Shown: piece after piece, positions 49,806 to 64,000 of the stretch | Numbering within the stretch: the stretch's first letter is position 1 | Layout of the letters: each line of letters begins with the position of its first letter | Source of the DNA: Tubiluchus corallicola | Lineage: Eukaryota > Animalia > Priapulida | NCBI GenBank assembly: GCA_030141605.1 | Contig: JAQGDQ010000174.1 | Coordinates: forward strand, 381,295 to 445,294 | Direction of reading: 5' to 3' | DNA: 64,000 nucleotides | Program-made: the position numbers and the translations under genes | Notes under the pieces: generated by a model | What the model saw: only the letters and a program-made list of their open reading frames with translations | Told to the model about the DNA's origin: nothing | Database searches by the model: none

Positions 49806-50030
49806 CGAGATATTTTCGCCACAAAACATTTGGACGCAAGGTCATTTGGACACTAGGTACTAGATACATAGATAATTTGGACACGAGGTAATTTTGACAC
49901 AAGGTGTTTGGGATACATAGGCTATTTAGACACACAGGCCATTTGCACACACAGGCCATTTGCACACACAGGCCATTTGCACACATAGGTCATCTGGTCG
50001 TAAATCAACTTGACACAAGAATTGGACGCA
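49806..50030. repeat. ~17-bp degenerate tandem repeats (probable DNA-transposon subterminal array)
   Basis: ACACACAGGCCATTTGC x3 at ~49930-49985, with degenerate GGAC(A/G)C.AGGT.ATTT units on both sides. Confidence 0.6.
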
Positions 50031-50899
50031 GTAACAGTATGGCAGTAAGCCATGGGCAGGTTTTTTCGTCTTTCAATGTTTTGAAATCCTCACTGGAGGC
50101 AGCCTCAGTGTCGAATTGCATTACTATATTTCGCCTTTTGGTTTAACCAGATGAGCAAGCATGTTAAAGAATAATTATTATTTCCATTCTACCAATAATA
50201 ACTAGTCTAGCGACAAAAACTGTTGATAAGTCTGTATGTATATAAAAATTGAAAGATACCTGTCACACGGCTCCACATTTTTCTTCGTAAATTTTATTTT
50301 TAAGCAAATACTTAGCCAACTTAATACAGTTTTGTGTTGAATTTTTATACTATCATGGCTGTAGTTTTCAGGAACCAAAACCGTGTCATTTTTGTTAATT
50401 GTAATGAGAGTCCAATATGTTGGCATTAAGGTAGCATCTTCATTGTGCAGCCCCATTTTTGTCCATAGCTAGGAGTAGTTTTTTAAGCAAGAATCAAAAG
50501 CTACATTGGTTACAATATGCAAGAATATCTTTCCATTATTTTATTGAAGGCATGAAAGCTAAAGGAACAACAACACATTTCAGGAAGCTGAATGCGTTAC
50601 ATTTTGATATTCCCGTTTACTGATTTTAGCGTAAAAACTAGTTCTGAATTCACCCATCAGGGTACTTAGTATGACGTGTTTTTAATGGAATTGAAGCGTC
50701 AGTAAGACTGATAGGGAGTGTCAATAGTTGCTTTTGACTTGCTACATTTAAAACTAAATAATCAATGCCCGTGTGCGAAATTAATTTGCTACCGTCTTTA
50801 CAGCATCTATACAGGAAGTAGGTGATCAATACATGATGCGTTAGACAAAAAATTTTCTCGATTCCAAATAGATGTTTTAATTTTAATTATCGTATCCAT

Positions 50900-51420
50900 T
50901 CTCTACACGACCATTTTGTTTACTGTTAAAAACTTTTATTGCACTGCCGTCCTTGTCATCGCCGTCGTTGTCGCTGTCGTCATTATTGTGTGCTTTCTTA
51001 CCAGCTATTCGAGTTCAACTATGTTCAACTATGATAAAATGGAGAACCAATACCATGGTGTTAAGACTCTTAATTCAAAATGTCACAATTTTGGTATTTT
51101 AGGCATTTTAGCCCACTGTGAGCATTGATTGTGGGTCTTTCGAACTTCTAACACATTATACCAGTAGTTTTGTAACTTTGGTAAAACTTCAAACGTTTCA
51201 CCATTGATTCTGCACAGGCTTTGACAATATAAATATGTAGTGAGAAGAGACGGCATACCAGTTAGTCGAGAGTGTTGCTTGTTGCAATAGTTAGCAGAAT
51301 ATATCGTCACGTAACTTTCACTCAAGATTTGCTCCAATCAAACCGGTGTAATTATCATTTAACAACCTCAAGAAGAAGCCATTAGGACCGCTATTATCAC
51401 CGAAATACTCATAGATTAAG
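50900..51420 (-). pseudogene. Decayed F-box-like gene copy
   Basis: ITPV*LEQILSESYVTIYSANYCNKQHSRLTGMPSLL resembles the F-box consensus LPxELLxxILSYL...VCK.W..L...P.LW; in-frame stops; DNA similarity to 54800-55000. Confidence 0.4.
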
Positions 51421-51664
51421 CGAGTGGCACTTGTTTAGGATGAACAATTTGTGGAACGTATAGAATGCAATTATTCTACCTGGTTGTAATTATCTACTGC
51501 CTAATTATTAACCTAGACGCAATTTTTCTTTCTTTGTTCGATTAATTTGTTGAGGACGTTCATAAAATACAATTCACTATTTTTTTGACAAGTCTTTTAT
51601 AAAAAATATCAAGGTGTGCTACTTAATTTTCTTAGTTATAGGAGATGCATCATTTTGCATACAG

Positions 51665-51667
<3 letters not shown>

Positions 51668-51701
<34 letters not shown>
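51668..51701. repeat. (TA)n microsatellite
   Basis: Directly visible. Confidence 0.95.
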
Positions 51702-51703
<2 letters not shown>

Positions 51704-52628
51704 TAACTGCCGTTAGTTATACTGAATAACTGTTGTTAGTTGAATTATTGCTAGACTTCGAGCCCTGCACCAGCGTATGATTTTGCAGTTCATCCGTTAA
51801 AGCACAACAGGTATTAATTTCTCAAATAAATCTTTTTCATAAGGTATAATATGGAAATATTTCGCTATATTTCTGAAAAAAGTACGGTCAACAAGTACGC
51901 CTTTTTGGCTTATGTAAACACGCTTTGCAGTCCGTCATTTTACATGACAACAAAGAGTAGAAAATCTTTATTTATCGTGCCTTTCTAACCATTTCCTTTT
52001 ATAAAGTACTAGCTGTTGTTTTTTATATTTTAAGGACCCCGCTCGCGTAAAGTCAGTGTGCTCGTTATTGTAAATTAGGCCATATATTTCCTCTCGTTAA
52101 ATACCCTTTTGTACCATGAATAGAGTTAATTATCCCTGGACTTAATTATGCCTGCCTTTCACGGAATTTCGATAATGGAACGCATTATAAGGGTTCTTGC
52201 AACAATATTAATCAAATTTGCAGTACAGCAGATAAGGCTTATTGCAACACATTTATAAGAAAAACCGATAGAAGCACACAAACAGCTAATAATAGCTAAC
52301 TATTAAAAATCTGCATTTCTCATTTTCACGGTTTTTTACAGAAATCCAGGTTGTAGCGCGTTGGTTATTGGAAATGCTAAATTCGCAGTGTATTTTGCTT
52401 AGTTGTGTCTTTGCTTCTTTAGATTCGTGTGAGCGTATCTACTATTGGTTTATCTTTTATTGGTAGTAAAAAATCTATGTATATTTTATGTAATATATAG
52501 TACCGTATACTATATATATATATATAAAACGATTGTGTATAACACAATATATAATAAACAAAATTGTGCTATAGATCCCGTTTTCTTGACGTTTGCTGTG
52601 TCAAAGCTGCTCCAAATTTACTATTCAC

Positions 52629-52631
<3 letters not shown>

Positions 52632-52667
<36 letters not shown>

Positions 52668-53480
52668 ATCTTTATTTGCCATTAAAAACATTGATAATCA
52701 CTGATAAAAACTTTACAGAGATAACCAATCAGTGTTAGTTAATAAAAACTTACACTGCTAAAGGCAAATGCGTCAGTGCAATCTAAACTACTGTGCAGTA
52801 ATGACGAATAAAATCAAACATATTTACAACCATACACAAAAAAAAAATAAAAAAAAACAAAAAAAAACTATGATTTAATTAATATGGCCGTGGGTATATG
52901 AATTCTGAATTAGTGTGTATGTTGTCGTACTGGTGCGATGGTATTTCATATCTGGTTAATACTAGTGATTTTAATTTTGTTTTAAATGCCGATAGGGACT
53001 TAATTTGTTTAACCTGTAATGGTAGAGAATTCGAAAGTAAAATTGCTTGTTTGATTACAGAGTTCGTTCCATAGTGGGTATTTGTCCTAATTTGTTTTAG
53101 ATTGCTTGTTCTGGAATTAACGATAGGATTTGGAAAAAAGGTAAATCTGTTATTCTGGAATGGTTTGCTGATGTTGTTAATGTATTTAAATATAAAAAGC
53201 AGAGTAAAATATTCTTTGTGTGCTTCAATGATTGGGAATTTTAAAGTTTTTCTCAGGTTAGTTGTTGAAGCTTTGAATTTTTGTCTACCTGCCTTATGAT
53301 TGTATGAGTACCCAGCTATCAATCTCAACGCATAGTTTTGAAGGAGATTTAATTTTAAGTAATTTTCTCTTTTGGTTTTTTGAAGTAGCGTACATCCATA
53401 TAAGAAGTGTGGTAGAACTAAAGTTTTATACATTAGTGTTTTAGTTTCCTTTGTTAGTTGCCCTTTAACTTGTCTGAGAT
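52632..53480 (-). mobile_element. CR1/L2-group LINE 3' fragment with (TA)n tail
   Basis: YKTLVLPHFLYGC...LQNYALRLI...NSLP..VK...SL.AFKTKLK (ORF2 C-terminus); minus-strand AATAAA followed by (TA)n at 52632-52677. Confidence 0.85.
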
Positions 53481-53833
53481 ATGATGTGCTAGATCTTTTA
53501 TTAAAAATTGACAGCTTGCAGTTTTACACTTAATGAAGTAGGTTTATATTTTAAAACCCCGAATAAAAAATCGCACAATAAACAAGTGGCGTAGCTAAAC
53601 GGGTGAGAGGAGAGGGCGATCCGCTCTAGAGAACGCCAAAACGCGCCAAAAAGCTCTAGCTGGTCACTGAATTAAACAACAAGGAAAAACAAGGAAGAGG
53701 CACAAGGCTTTAAACTGCCGTTCATCTTCAGATAAGCATAAAAGACAAAAAGAGAAAAAAACACAAGGAATTACTAGAAATACTAAACCAAACATTTTTT
53801 GGGAGTTTTTGTTTATATTATATTATTAACGTA

Positions 53834-54001
<168 letters not shown>

Positions 54002-54149
54002 TTTATTTAATTATCACTATTCTTGTCACTAAGAATTGATATGTTATTTTAGAACTGACAAGAATTGCAGGTCTTTCTACTTGTTTTCATAATCAACTAT
54101 AGATACAGTAGTTACTAGCCTCGCTCAACTTTTGTACGTACTGAAAGTT

Positions 54150-54420
54150 TCGCAAACAAAAAATTCAGTCTTTTCCCACTGATCTGCTCTTGGCGAAACT
54201 CTGTATCAGCTTCGTTAATTCTTAATTTAGGCCTGTTGAAGAGATCTTCGCTTGTCCTTTTCACCTTGGCACACACTGAAAAGAGCCAGTTAGTTAGTCA
54301 CCGTGCCGTAAAAGCTACAATATTCTATGGTTTTACCTAACGTAAGTATTTTACAGAATTTATCACCATGTTTATCACCAGGTCTATCAAATTTCTGGCT
54401 GATAAGGTAATTTCGTTTGC
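54150..54420 (-). pseudogene. Possible decayed F-box-like remnant
   Basis: RNLIDLVINMVINSVKYLR*...*LTNWLFSVCAKVKR; F-box-like spacing, several stops. Confidence 0.25.
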
Positions 54421-55399
54421 GCTTCAGTTTTTGAGATAATTGCATCTTCTTTTTTCTAATTATTTAGTTGCATTATATGAATATCAAAAGAATATTAAAA
54501 ATAACCCCGTCTCGATGGTTTCACATTTTTTTATTTGAAATAAGCAGTGGCTTAGTAAAACTAATTACGTAATTAAAAACCAAGCTTAAAGAAGCGACAA
54601 GTGCAAATTAAATGAACATTAATAATGCCGAATCTTCGCAAGTTATTCAAAGTACATGAAATTAATCGCTCCAAGGAAAAATTAATGTCGATTGAAACGG
54701 AGTACGATGTACGCAGGTGTATCGTTTTTCGTAGAACTTGATTAAAAACCTAAAAGTTATGAAAATAACAATGATGGATTTTGAACTGCTCTTCGTTGCC
54801 ACAGGTGTCGCCATAGTTGCCGTCGTTGTAGTTATTGCTGTTGCATTGTTGCATTTGCTTGGCGAAACAATTTCTTTCTCCACATGCGTAGACGTCTTTG
54901 TCATTGTTATTTGCTGCTCTTCCGGCTGCTCTTAACGTTAATGTTTGTGTTACAGCCCAAAGTTAGGTAATTGGGTAGACTTGGGGCATTTAGCCCTTAT
55001 TGTTGACCAGCACCCAAAAGACGATTAGATAATACATGTAGAGCAATCAGTTATTTTCGAAAAGCATGTAATTTGTGCTTCTTACAGAACTTTTGTACCA
55101 GATACACCAAAACATGACTTTGACCCAAGCTCTACTAGTCCTCAACGCTCGTTCTAGTTTGATCCGCCAGTGCTATTACTTTCTAAAAATTAAGAAAATT
55201 CACTGTCATCCTGTAATGTTTCAAGGTAGACTGGCACAGTCGCTGGTATGTTTATTGTTGTTGATTTGTTGTTGTTCCAGCAGAGTCCAAGTCTCTGTGG
55301 TCGTTGGCTGGTACTACTTCTATCACTTTTTTGTTTGCATTGTAATTTTGAGTAATCTTTAGTTTTTATATTTTAGTTCATTTCACACCATATATAAAA

Positions 55400-56040
55400 G
55401 TATACAATATACATTAAAACATATACGTATACATACAAACATATAGATCATACAAAAAAGCAAACAGAACACATTAAAAATACGTATGCGCATATAAAGT
55501 AGCAAAATAATGAGAGGCGGTGTGGGGGAGACACAAAGAACAAACGCTTCTTACATGTGCCGGTTAAAAACTAAGAAAGCATTTAGGTCGACATAATTTA
55601 ATCGCCATTTAAAAACGCTTGCAGTTTGAGCTTTTACCAATGGTGCATCATTTACAATTTTGGTAAACTATTCCAAATCCGAACAACCCTATTAGAAAAA
55701 AGTGATTAAATATTGTTAACAGATCGCTTGACATACAATTTAAGTGAGTTGTTGCTTCTTGTCCAACTAGATGCAGCTAATGTAAAAAATTGTCTCTATC
55801 AACATCTTGTCTTTATGTATGATTTGATAACACAGTACTAAATCTTTGTGTAGCCTTCTTTCCACTAATGATAAAAAGTTCAATCGCGACGGATATGACG
55901 TGACGGAAGTAATGTTAAATCTACTAAATCTACAGTACAAGCGCCTGGTAAAATATCTTTGAATTCGTTCAATATTATGCAGCAGTAGTAGTATCTAAAC
56001 AATAGGAAGCCTGCTTATGTAAGTTCTAGCATAGCATTTT
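55400..56040 (-). mobile_element. CR1 LINE 3' fragment
   Basis: IERIQRYFTRRL...YPSRLNFLSL.ERRL..DLVLCYQII and FSNRVVRIWNSLP, typical of the CR1 ORF2 C-terminus. Confidence 0.85.
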
Positions 56041-56499
56041 GCGAAAAATCTCATTTGACATTACGACCGCGGCTGTAGGGCTCGTGCTTTATTCTATATT
56101 TAGCTGTGAAAGACACTGTAAAACCCTCCATTGTTTGACAACATGAAAGTGGAGATGAATTAAATGAACAGGCTAAAGATGAAAGGCAGAATTTTGACGG
56201 AAATTGACAGAAAATAATGAGCGCTTGTCATCATTAATTTCCACGCAGGGTAGTGACGTGATTTTAGAACAAATGCGATCATTGTGAAGAACAGGTAATT
56301 ACATCAGATCGTGCCAAGTGCTTCGCACCAATTAAAGGTAACAGTATCGCGAAAAACAAAAGTTCGCTAGCGTATAGTGTAACGCGATTAAATTCAGATA
56401 CTTCGGCTTCGTTGTTGCGCTTTACGTATAGGTAAAGATGTGCTTTTTGTTGAATAAAAAATACTGAAATAAACTGACGACATATTTTTTCAAAATTAT

Positions 56500-57435
56500 T
56501 GTTACGTAGTCATATAATTTGTGCTTATAACAGAACTTTTGTTGAGCAGAAGTTCCAAATACACCAAATGTCACATCAGAGACTCCAAACTTTAATACAT
56601 TTTCAGTGTTTCTATTTCACCATCATGCAGTATGATGAGAGTTAGTATCGATCACATTAGCAAATCATTCTAGTACTATACCTTGTGATAAATGGGCCTA
56701 TTATTAGAGTAGCCTTCCGATGTTGTTCCACTACTGGCGAAAGTCATGAGGGTATATCTTGACCATATGGCCTATGTTATTGTAAGCGTAACAATAATAT
56801 AATGCAGTCGTGATGGTTATGTGAATAAAAGAAAGCTTGTTTGCTAGGAACTTCAGTGCTACAGCACTACAGACATTTCACAACTGTTTCTTTTTTCTGT
56901 TCCGCCTCTTCCTCTTCCGCTTTCTATTTTTATTTAAGTTTTTTACCCCTCTAGAACTGCCACACATGATTACTATGCATATTTGCTGCACATAAATAAT
57001 TAGCAAATCTTCCAACTCTTCTTCCCGTGGAGAGATCGATAATGAATAAGAATTTAGTAACTAAATAAGTGTTATAAATTATTCATCCTTCGAATATCCC
57101 TTCAGCCTGTATTACCATAATGCAGGGTCTTCGCCATACAACCGAGGTCTACACTACAGGTCTACTGTACAGTATTCCTATAATAACATCCAACAATAAG
57201 GTGATTTGCTAGCAGACTTACCAGTCTTTTGAAGTTCGAATGCAAGATTATATTTACTCAATCGGGTAAGATGCAGATGCTTGTTTGAATGTGTAGCGCA
57301 CCCTGCGCATTCAAGCAGGTACTTCAAGGCTTCAGCAGGTAATCTAGGAAGCCCGAGTTTGCCCGTTAAGCGTGATAGATTGCGATTTGTTGTTGATTGA
57401 ACGGCAAAGAAATTATTCATAACCGCGAGATTCAT
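56500..57435 (-). pseudogene. Decayed F-box-like gene copy
   Basis: ORF 57178-57435 contains LPRLPAEALKYLLE...C...NKHLH; downstream DNA 56510-56570 is homologous to 55065-55110; multiple stops. Confidence 0.35.
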
Positions 57436-60263
57436 CTATACTGTGAGAATTTATGTAGAGTGATTTAGAATTATTCTACCAGAGACTAAACCTTAATTAA
57501 ACTATAATCATATGCATGGTTGGCTGAGATTGCTCAGCGTGGAGAACAATAATTCAGATTGGCAACGTCTGCTATAGGTAATTAATATTTTTTAAAATTG
57601 TCTTGTCTAGAAGAATATAAAGACTAATCTAATATTTAATATAGTATAATTAAATGATGTAGTGTCATATTTAACGTAGGCTTAATGGTATACATATAAG
57701 GTGGCATTGGATCTGACATGAGTTGTTTGGAGTAAAATATTGCTATTGTCTGCTGACCTTTACAGGTTTCTCAGTCACTATAAATATAACATGTAATAGG
57801 CCTTCCACGCAGCTTATTATGGAATGAGTTATTTTTGTTTCTCAAGGCTCCAGATACAATTCAATGTGTCAATTCTATATAATTAAAACAACGTACTAAT
57901 GCAGAAAGTATTAGTTTAAGCGTCTTGTAACACAAAGCATTAGCTAATTTTAATTATCCGAAAGCTAAATATGATAAATTTTATGTATGTCAGCAGTGTA
58001 CGTTCTTCCAAAGCACCAACATAAGATTCTAAAATACTAATAACTACACGTAAGAAAATTAATGTAAAACTAGATTTTTTGTTTACCATTATGACAAAAA
58101 TACCGATTTATAGTTAGCTAAAATAATAATATGCACACTGTGCATAACTTCAAGCCACGAGTTGCTTTAGTATTACAGGAAATTTGATATAAGTGCACAT
58201 ATACTGTACACCATGTGGTTAATAACTTGCATATATAAAAATACCAACGCACAAAGCTTGATGTCATGATATTGAAAATCTTTATAGGAGAGCCTGTTGG
58301 TGCAACCTGTTAGGTAAATAAAAAACCTTTCACCTTTCACTAATTATTGAGCTTACAGATGGCTAATCAAACATAAACGATTGACGTAGCCATAGATTCA
58401 AAACTATGACACCGTGCATAACTGCTGATACCTGCGTCATAGTGGAAGACCTCCTTAAGATGCCTTACAGACCTGCACCGCTCGATTACTAAACTATTGA
58501 CCTCATTCAAAATGTCCTCACCTATTTAAGTCCACTTAGGCAGCTCGTGTATTCACACATCCTGCTTAAGTTAATCATAACGTTCCTCTCCCAAAGCAAA
58601 AATATAAACTCAGTATTTCGTGAAAGTAACGACTATTATAGGATGAGTGCTTGGAAGCCAAGGGAAAATTTAGGTAGTTAACGAGGCAAGTGATACAGCT
58701 TCACTGACGCTGTTTTATACTCTGAGTAGCGCTGTAACTCTTTGAAATTACGTTATAAAGTTTTGCTTCCTTTTGCTCAGTTTGGATAACTAATTTGGTG
58801 GAGTTTTGTAATTGCCTAAATTTAGTTATTTGGTGCAAGTCGGTACGTTTGTTTACCAGCGGGAACCAATTCCAGTTATCGCTTAACATAACCAGTCAGA
58901 TAAAACCAGTAACAAATGGTTATATATAGTCTGACACTTGGATCTGAACCAAATTACTCTTCCCACTTGCAAAGTTGAATCAAACAATTTGATGTTTCTT
59001 AAGCTTAAAACCGGCACACCCGCTGCGAAAATCAAACATTTTGTAATTGATAAGTTTTACGTGACATTCTGATAACTGACTGAATTGTTAAGTTTTTCTA
59101 AGCTGTCCTGAGATGTGTTGTAAAGCGAATAGAAGCCAATAGAAAAATATTTTTCTTCTGAACCTGTTACATTTGTTTGCATAGTTCGAAGCAAGATATT
59201 ATAGTCTTATATCAAAGTAACGTCATGTTCTTACAAACGAACATAATTTCTAATAAACACAGACCGACAGAGTAGAAAAACATAAAGTAAAGCGATAATT
59301 ATCGGAAATTGAATCAATAATCGGTTTTCGAACAACAGCACATCGTCTAACTCAAGCTCTTTTCTTGGAGCAAAGTCACGCATTTGGATGAGAAGAATTA
59401 ACTACGCATGCGCGAATCAAACAGAAAGGTGTTTCAACTAAGATATTGTTATTAAACTGACAGCTCAATCTTAGAGGTTAATAAATTTTCATTACATGGT
59501 GCAGCCTCGAAGAAAATGAACATCAAAATTGATTTATTTTGCAGAAAGCACTGCAAACATCGTTGCGTGCTACGCTAATTGCTAGGCCTAACCAGCTAGA
59601 TTTTAATTATGTGAAACTTTTTAAGTTTATTTAATAAAGTTTACTAGGGTTTCTTTTAAGAATTATTTTAACCACAATATCACGTCACAATGATTAAAAC
59701 ATTAATTTTAGGAAAAATAGTATATACTAATTGAAAAGTAAGGTTTCGGCAAAAGGCAATTAGCAATTTTTAATAAATTAATGCAATATAACTTTTAGAC
59801 AAGTAATTTTCATTTTTAGAAGTTTTTAATCGCAAAAATTTATTGTTTCATTTCTTAAGCTTCTACAATTTGTTTATTTTCAAATTAATTAGCATATTAC
59901 TCAATAAAGCCAATAAAGATTTCATGCCAATTCATGTTAGAGATAATTTAAATACACCTTTGCAGCTGTAAGCTAATAAAAAATAACTTGTGAATATGTG
60001 CAAAACAAAAGCATGCCAACAAAAACAACAATAATCATAAAACAGTCATCATAAGAGTGTGAATGCAACGCCCATGAATAAATAATAATAGAAGCATTCC
60101 TGCATTACGTGGAACAAAATTTCTCTTTTGATTCACAGCCTGTTTTGGAGATTTTGTTATTTAAGCAAATTCAACATGTAGGGAACATTCCTTATTAGGA
60201 AAACAGAAATCACTTGCTCTGTCGAAATCGAAAGCGTGATTCGTTTTTCTAAACTAATTAACC

Positions 60264-61196
60264 CAGGGGTGTGCAAATCATCTGACTAACTGTGTCACAT
60301 TAAACATTCCTGCAATTCTCCGGGCCGCATGCAGTTCGGTCAAGGAGGCAAGAACAGTAGGACCTAATAACGTTTTTTCTGCATCTGATCTGTGCACATC
60401 ATTATTACTACACCCAGGAAAACTATTCTTGGAGTTATTAAAATTTATATTAAAAATCATAGAATTCAATTTTCATGTCAGATAGTGCTAATTTTATTGC
60501 AATTCATATTAGTGTAGTGTATCACACAGTCTGTGTAGTATAGTGCATATTAATCTGTTTTGAAACACTCGATGTTCTTCTTCAGTCTCCCGCTTTTTCT
60601 TATCCATCTATAAGAACACTACACACCTGATGGAATGATGAAACAGCCACTGATCAAGGTGTGCATTTCTGAGCCTAAGCAGAATCTAAAATTTGGGAGT
60701 CCCCCTATATCAGGGGCGATCACAATTTTACGGCTTGCTGGCTAAATACAAATTGGTCTGCCCAGTCGTCTTCTTGGAAATAATAGAAGCCTAGAGAATG
60801 GCTGGTTGGTCTTCCTACCAGCCAATCAGATTGCTTCTCGCATTTCTTGCACATTTGAAAGTTCCAATTGGTGGGTTCCGCGGTAGTTTGCTTTGTTCTG
60901 TGATTACATCGGCTTTTTTGTGTTCCAAGTGAGCAACGTTAAATTTCGTCATGTCCGACAATGACATTAAGTGATAACCGTCTTGTAAGGGTTAATGCCA
61001 TCCGTTCTAGTGGAAAAAAACTACCGCACTATCCTTGCGATCGTGGCGTAGACTTCAGCTGGAAATATCTTTCTGATATTTGCAACTCAAATCCGCCGGG
61101 CCGCACTGTCATTAGGTTCACAAACCTCTTCGCGGGCCGCACAAGATCTCTCGGCAGGCCACAAGCGGCCCGCGGGTCGCAGCTTGCACACCCCTG
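60264..61196 (-). mobile_element. hAT MITE, family B copy 2 (933 bp), inverted relative to copy 1
   Basis: TIRs CAGGGGTGTGCAA / TTGCACACCCCTG; perfect 8-bp TSD AATTAACC on both sides; homologous to 41319-41810 plus ~420 bp extra internal sequence. Confidence 0.93.
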
Positions 61197-61440
61197 AATT
61201 AACCAATGCAAATGTCCTAAACTCGGCCATTGATTTACAGCTGTTGGAACTCGGGGCACCGGAGCTCCAGATTTTCAATTCCAGGCTGCAGAATTTTACA
61301 TGTCCGACGTTTAAAAGGTCTAACGATTTTGTGCGACGGATTATCTTTGCAATCACCTATTGTTTAAATTTGTGTCAGAGTTTCTTGAGTTATACAATAC
61401 AAAATTCAATACCACGTGGAGCCCATATATTGCTTGCGAT

Positions 61441-62563
61441 CTAGATACAACCAAAAACCTAATAGCTGGATACAACCAAACACCCAGCAGCCAGATACAA
61501 CCAAACACCCAGCAGCCAGATACAACCAAACAGTTAGTAGCCACATACAATCAAATGCCTAGTAGCCGGATACAACCAGTTAGCCAGATACAACCAAATG
61601 GCTAGTAGCCGGATACAACCAATTAGCCAGATACAACCAAATGGCTAGTAGCTAGATACAAACAAACACCTTATAGCCAGATACAACCAAACACATAGTA
61701 GCCAGCTACAACTAAACACCTAATAGCCAGATACAACCAAATACCTAGTAGCTAGAGATACAAACAAACACCTAGTAGCCAGAGATAACCAAAGCCTAGT
61801 AGCTAGATACAACCAAACACCTAATAGCCAGATACAACCAAATACCTAGTAGCTAGATACAACCAAACACCTAGTAGCCAGATACAACCAAACACCTAGT
61901 AGCCAGATACAACCAAACAGTTAGTAGCCACATACAATCAAATGCCTAGTAGCCGGATACAACCAGTTAGCCAGATACAACCAAATGGCTAGTAGCCGGA
62001 TACAACCAATTAGCCAGATATAACCAAACACCTAGTAGCTACCTAGTAACCAGATACAACCAAGCACATGGTAGCCAGCTACAACTAAACACCTAATAGC
62101 CAGATACAACCAAACACCTAGTAGCTAGAGATACAAACAAACACCTAGTAAGAGATAACCAAAGCCTAGTAGCTAGATACAACCAAACACCTAATAGCCA
62201 GATACAACCAAACACCTAGTAGCTAGATACAACCAAACACCTAATAGCCAGATACAACCAAACACCTAGTAGCTAGATACAACCAAACACCTAATAGCCA
62301 GATACAACCAAACACCTAGTAGCTAGAGATACAAACAAACACCTAGTAGCCAAATATAATCAAACACCTAGTAGCTACCTAGTAACCAGATACAACCAAG
62401 CACATAGTAGCCAGCTACAACTAAACACCTAATAGCCAGATACAACCAAACACCTAGTAGCTAGAGATACAAACAAACACCTAGTAGCCAGAGGCAACCA
62501 AAGCCTAGTAGCTAGATACAACCAAATACCTAATAGCCAGATACAACCAAAGCCTAGTAGCCA
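61441..62563. repeat. 25-bp minisatellite (CCAGATACAACCAAACACCTAGTAG), ~45 units
   Basis: Directly visible, with variant units and higher-order duplication. Confidence 0.97.
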
Positions 62564-64000
62564 CTAGAATGTCGGAATTTGAGAGCCAGATAATAGAAGC
62601 TGATACATTGAACTTCCTGACCCAGATGTTCGCGAATGGGCCGATTTGATCACGTAGACACTAGCTAACTAGCCTGATACTAAAATTGTTCATATTTTTT
62701 GCCAACAAAATCTATGCACCAGCTTGTTCATTATAAAAAATTATTTTTTCATTATTGAAAATAATTTATGCACAGAGATTAAAAAAAATTTCCATTGCAC
62801 TTATAAAATATGTACATCTCGAACCTCTCGTTCTCGTCTAATTTTATAATGTTTCTCAGTTCCATTGCTTCCACTGCTGAAATCACATTAACACTTATGT
62901 GTAAGTAACAACTAAAAGCTGTAAATTATTTCACTTGCATTAGTGATAATGAGATGCGATTGATGGATATCTACTCAAAATATCACACGGTGCAATTCTT
63001 TAGTTCATTTCACGGAAACGGAAAATTTTCACACCAATACAGAAAGTGATTTATGCAAAAATTAATGTTCGTGTGCTTACTGTGCATTCGTAAATGTGCT
63101 TTTTCTTGCTGAGTGGTACTATGAATTTTCAATGATACACTATACGCAAGTGTTTAAAGTACTTGTGTCGCCATCTGCCAAAGAATTTATATGATAATAG
63201 TAAGTAGTATAAACTTTTCTTTACTTTAGTTAATAGTGCCATATAGAAAAAGACCTTGTGTATTCGTTTCTTTTAATTTCACGATAGTGGTATTCTCGAC
63301 TGCTTGGTTATACACACACAATGTATAATTTTAGGGCAGCAGCTTAATTTCCATTATTAAGAGGATGTATATCTAAAGGAGCTCCAGTGTTGTAATATAT
63401 ACCTAATCTTTCACTAATCTACATAGGGATTTGTAGGAAAACAAAGAGGAGACAGAGAGGGTAGGAAAGATAAATGGGTGATAATGGTGCCGGGTAATGG
63501 CATAATGCTGATTAATGATTTAATACGTTCGCGCTATGATTAACAAGCTAAGTTTTGATTGAAATATACAAGGAAACCCTTCAGATATAAGATGGGAAGT
63601 TACAAGGAATAAGTGCAAAAATAAGTTTATGTGAGACTATAATAACGAAATACATTCCAGTCTAGCAGGGGAAGAAAGCACGTGTTAACAGATAAATGAA
63701 CAAATCAAAATTGGTATATAGAACTCACAAATTTGTTTCTCTGTAATTTTTGCTACAATAAATGGTCAATAAAGATTAATTATTAAAAACATTTATTAAG
63801 GTTAACATTGAGTATTTCAAGTAGGTCGTGTGTTTATAGGCTGAATAAATAAAAGTTGACAAAAGCAAATCTGTCTTAAAAATCAAATTTCTTTTCAATG
63901 TATTTTCGAAAGCACATAGCAACCAACGAGTTCGAAAATGAATGCAGTACATCTTTCTGAAACAAACACTTCGTACATTGCTCAAAGGATTACGCAATAA

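Noticed and set aside
60961-61605. Cluster of overlapping short ORFs
   Set aside because: Explained by the GC-rich hAT MITE end and the minisatellite.
61441-62563. CRISPR-like regular repeats
   Set aside because: Units are contiguous with no unique spacers, the context is eukaryotic, and there are no cas genes.

Overview
AT-rich, intron-containing genomic DNA from an invertebrate animal (probably a bilaterian); no prokaryotic features. Genes assembled by reading splice sites: MPHOSPH6/MPP6 (-, single coding exon), a 7-coding-exon choline-phosphate cytidylyltransferase PCYT1 (+, 353 aa), an intronless divergent Rab11-like GTPase nested on the same strand in PCYT1's 11.5-kb last intron, heparan-sulfate 6-O-sulfotransferase HS6ST (-, 2 coding exons, 401 aa), ribosomal protein eL33/RPL35A (+, 4 coding exons, 127 aa) and a TMEM272-like membrane protein (-, 4 coding exons, 152 aa). 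A possible signal-peptide gene runs off the left edge. Introns and intergenic DNA hold MITEs (hAT with 8-bp TSDs, Kolobok-like, a palindrome-rich TGT..ACA element), CR1/L2-group LINE fragments, a tRNA-derived SINE, microsatellites and a 25-bp minisatellite. The most interesting observations are: (1) the nested Rab11-like protein has no C-terminal prenylation cysteines and has an RFX X-box upstream, suggesting a lineage-specific ciliary/flagellar GTPase; (2) a candidate 10-nt microexon would truncate PCYT1 before its phosphorylation tail; (3) a cluster of decayed F-box-like copies lies at 50.9-57.5 kb. All family assignments come from motif recognition by eye, not database searches.
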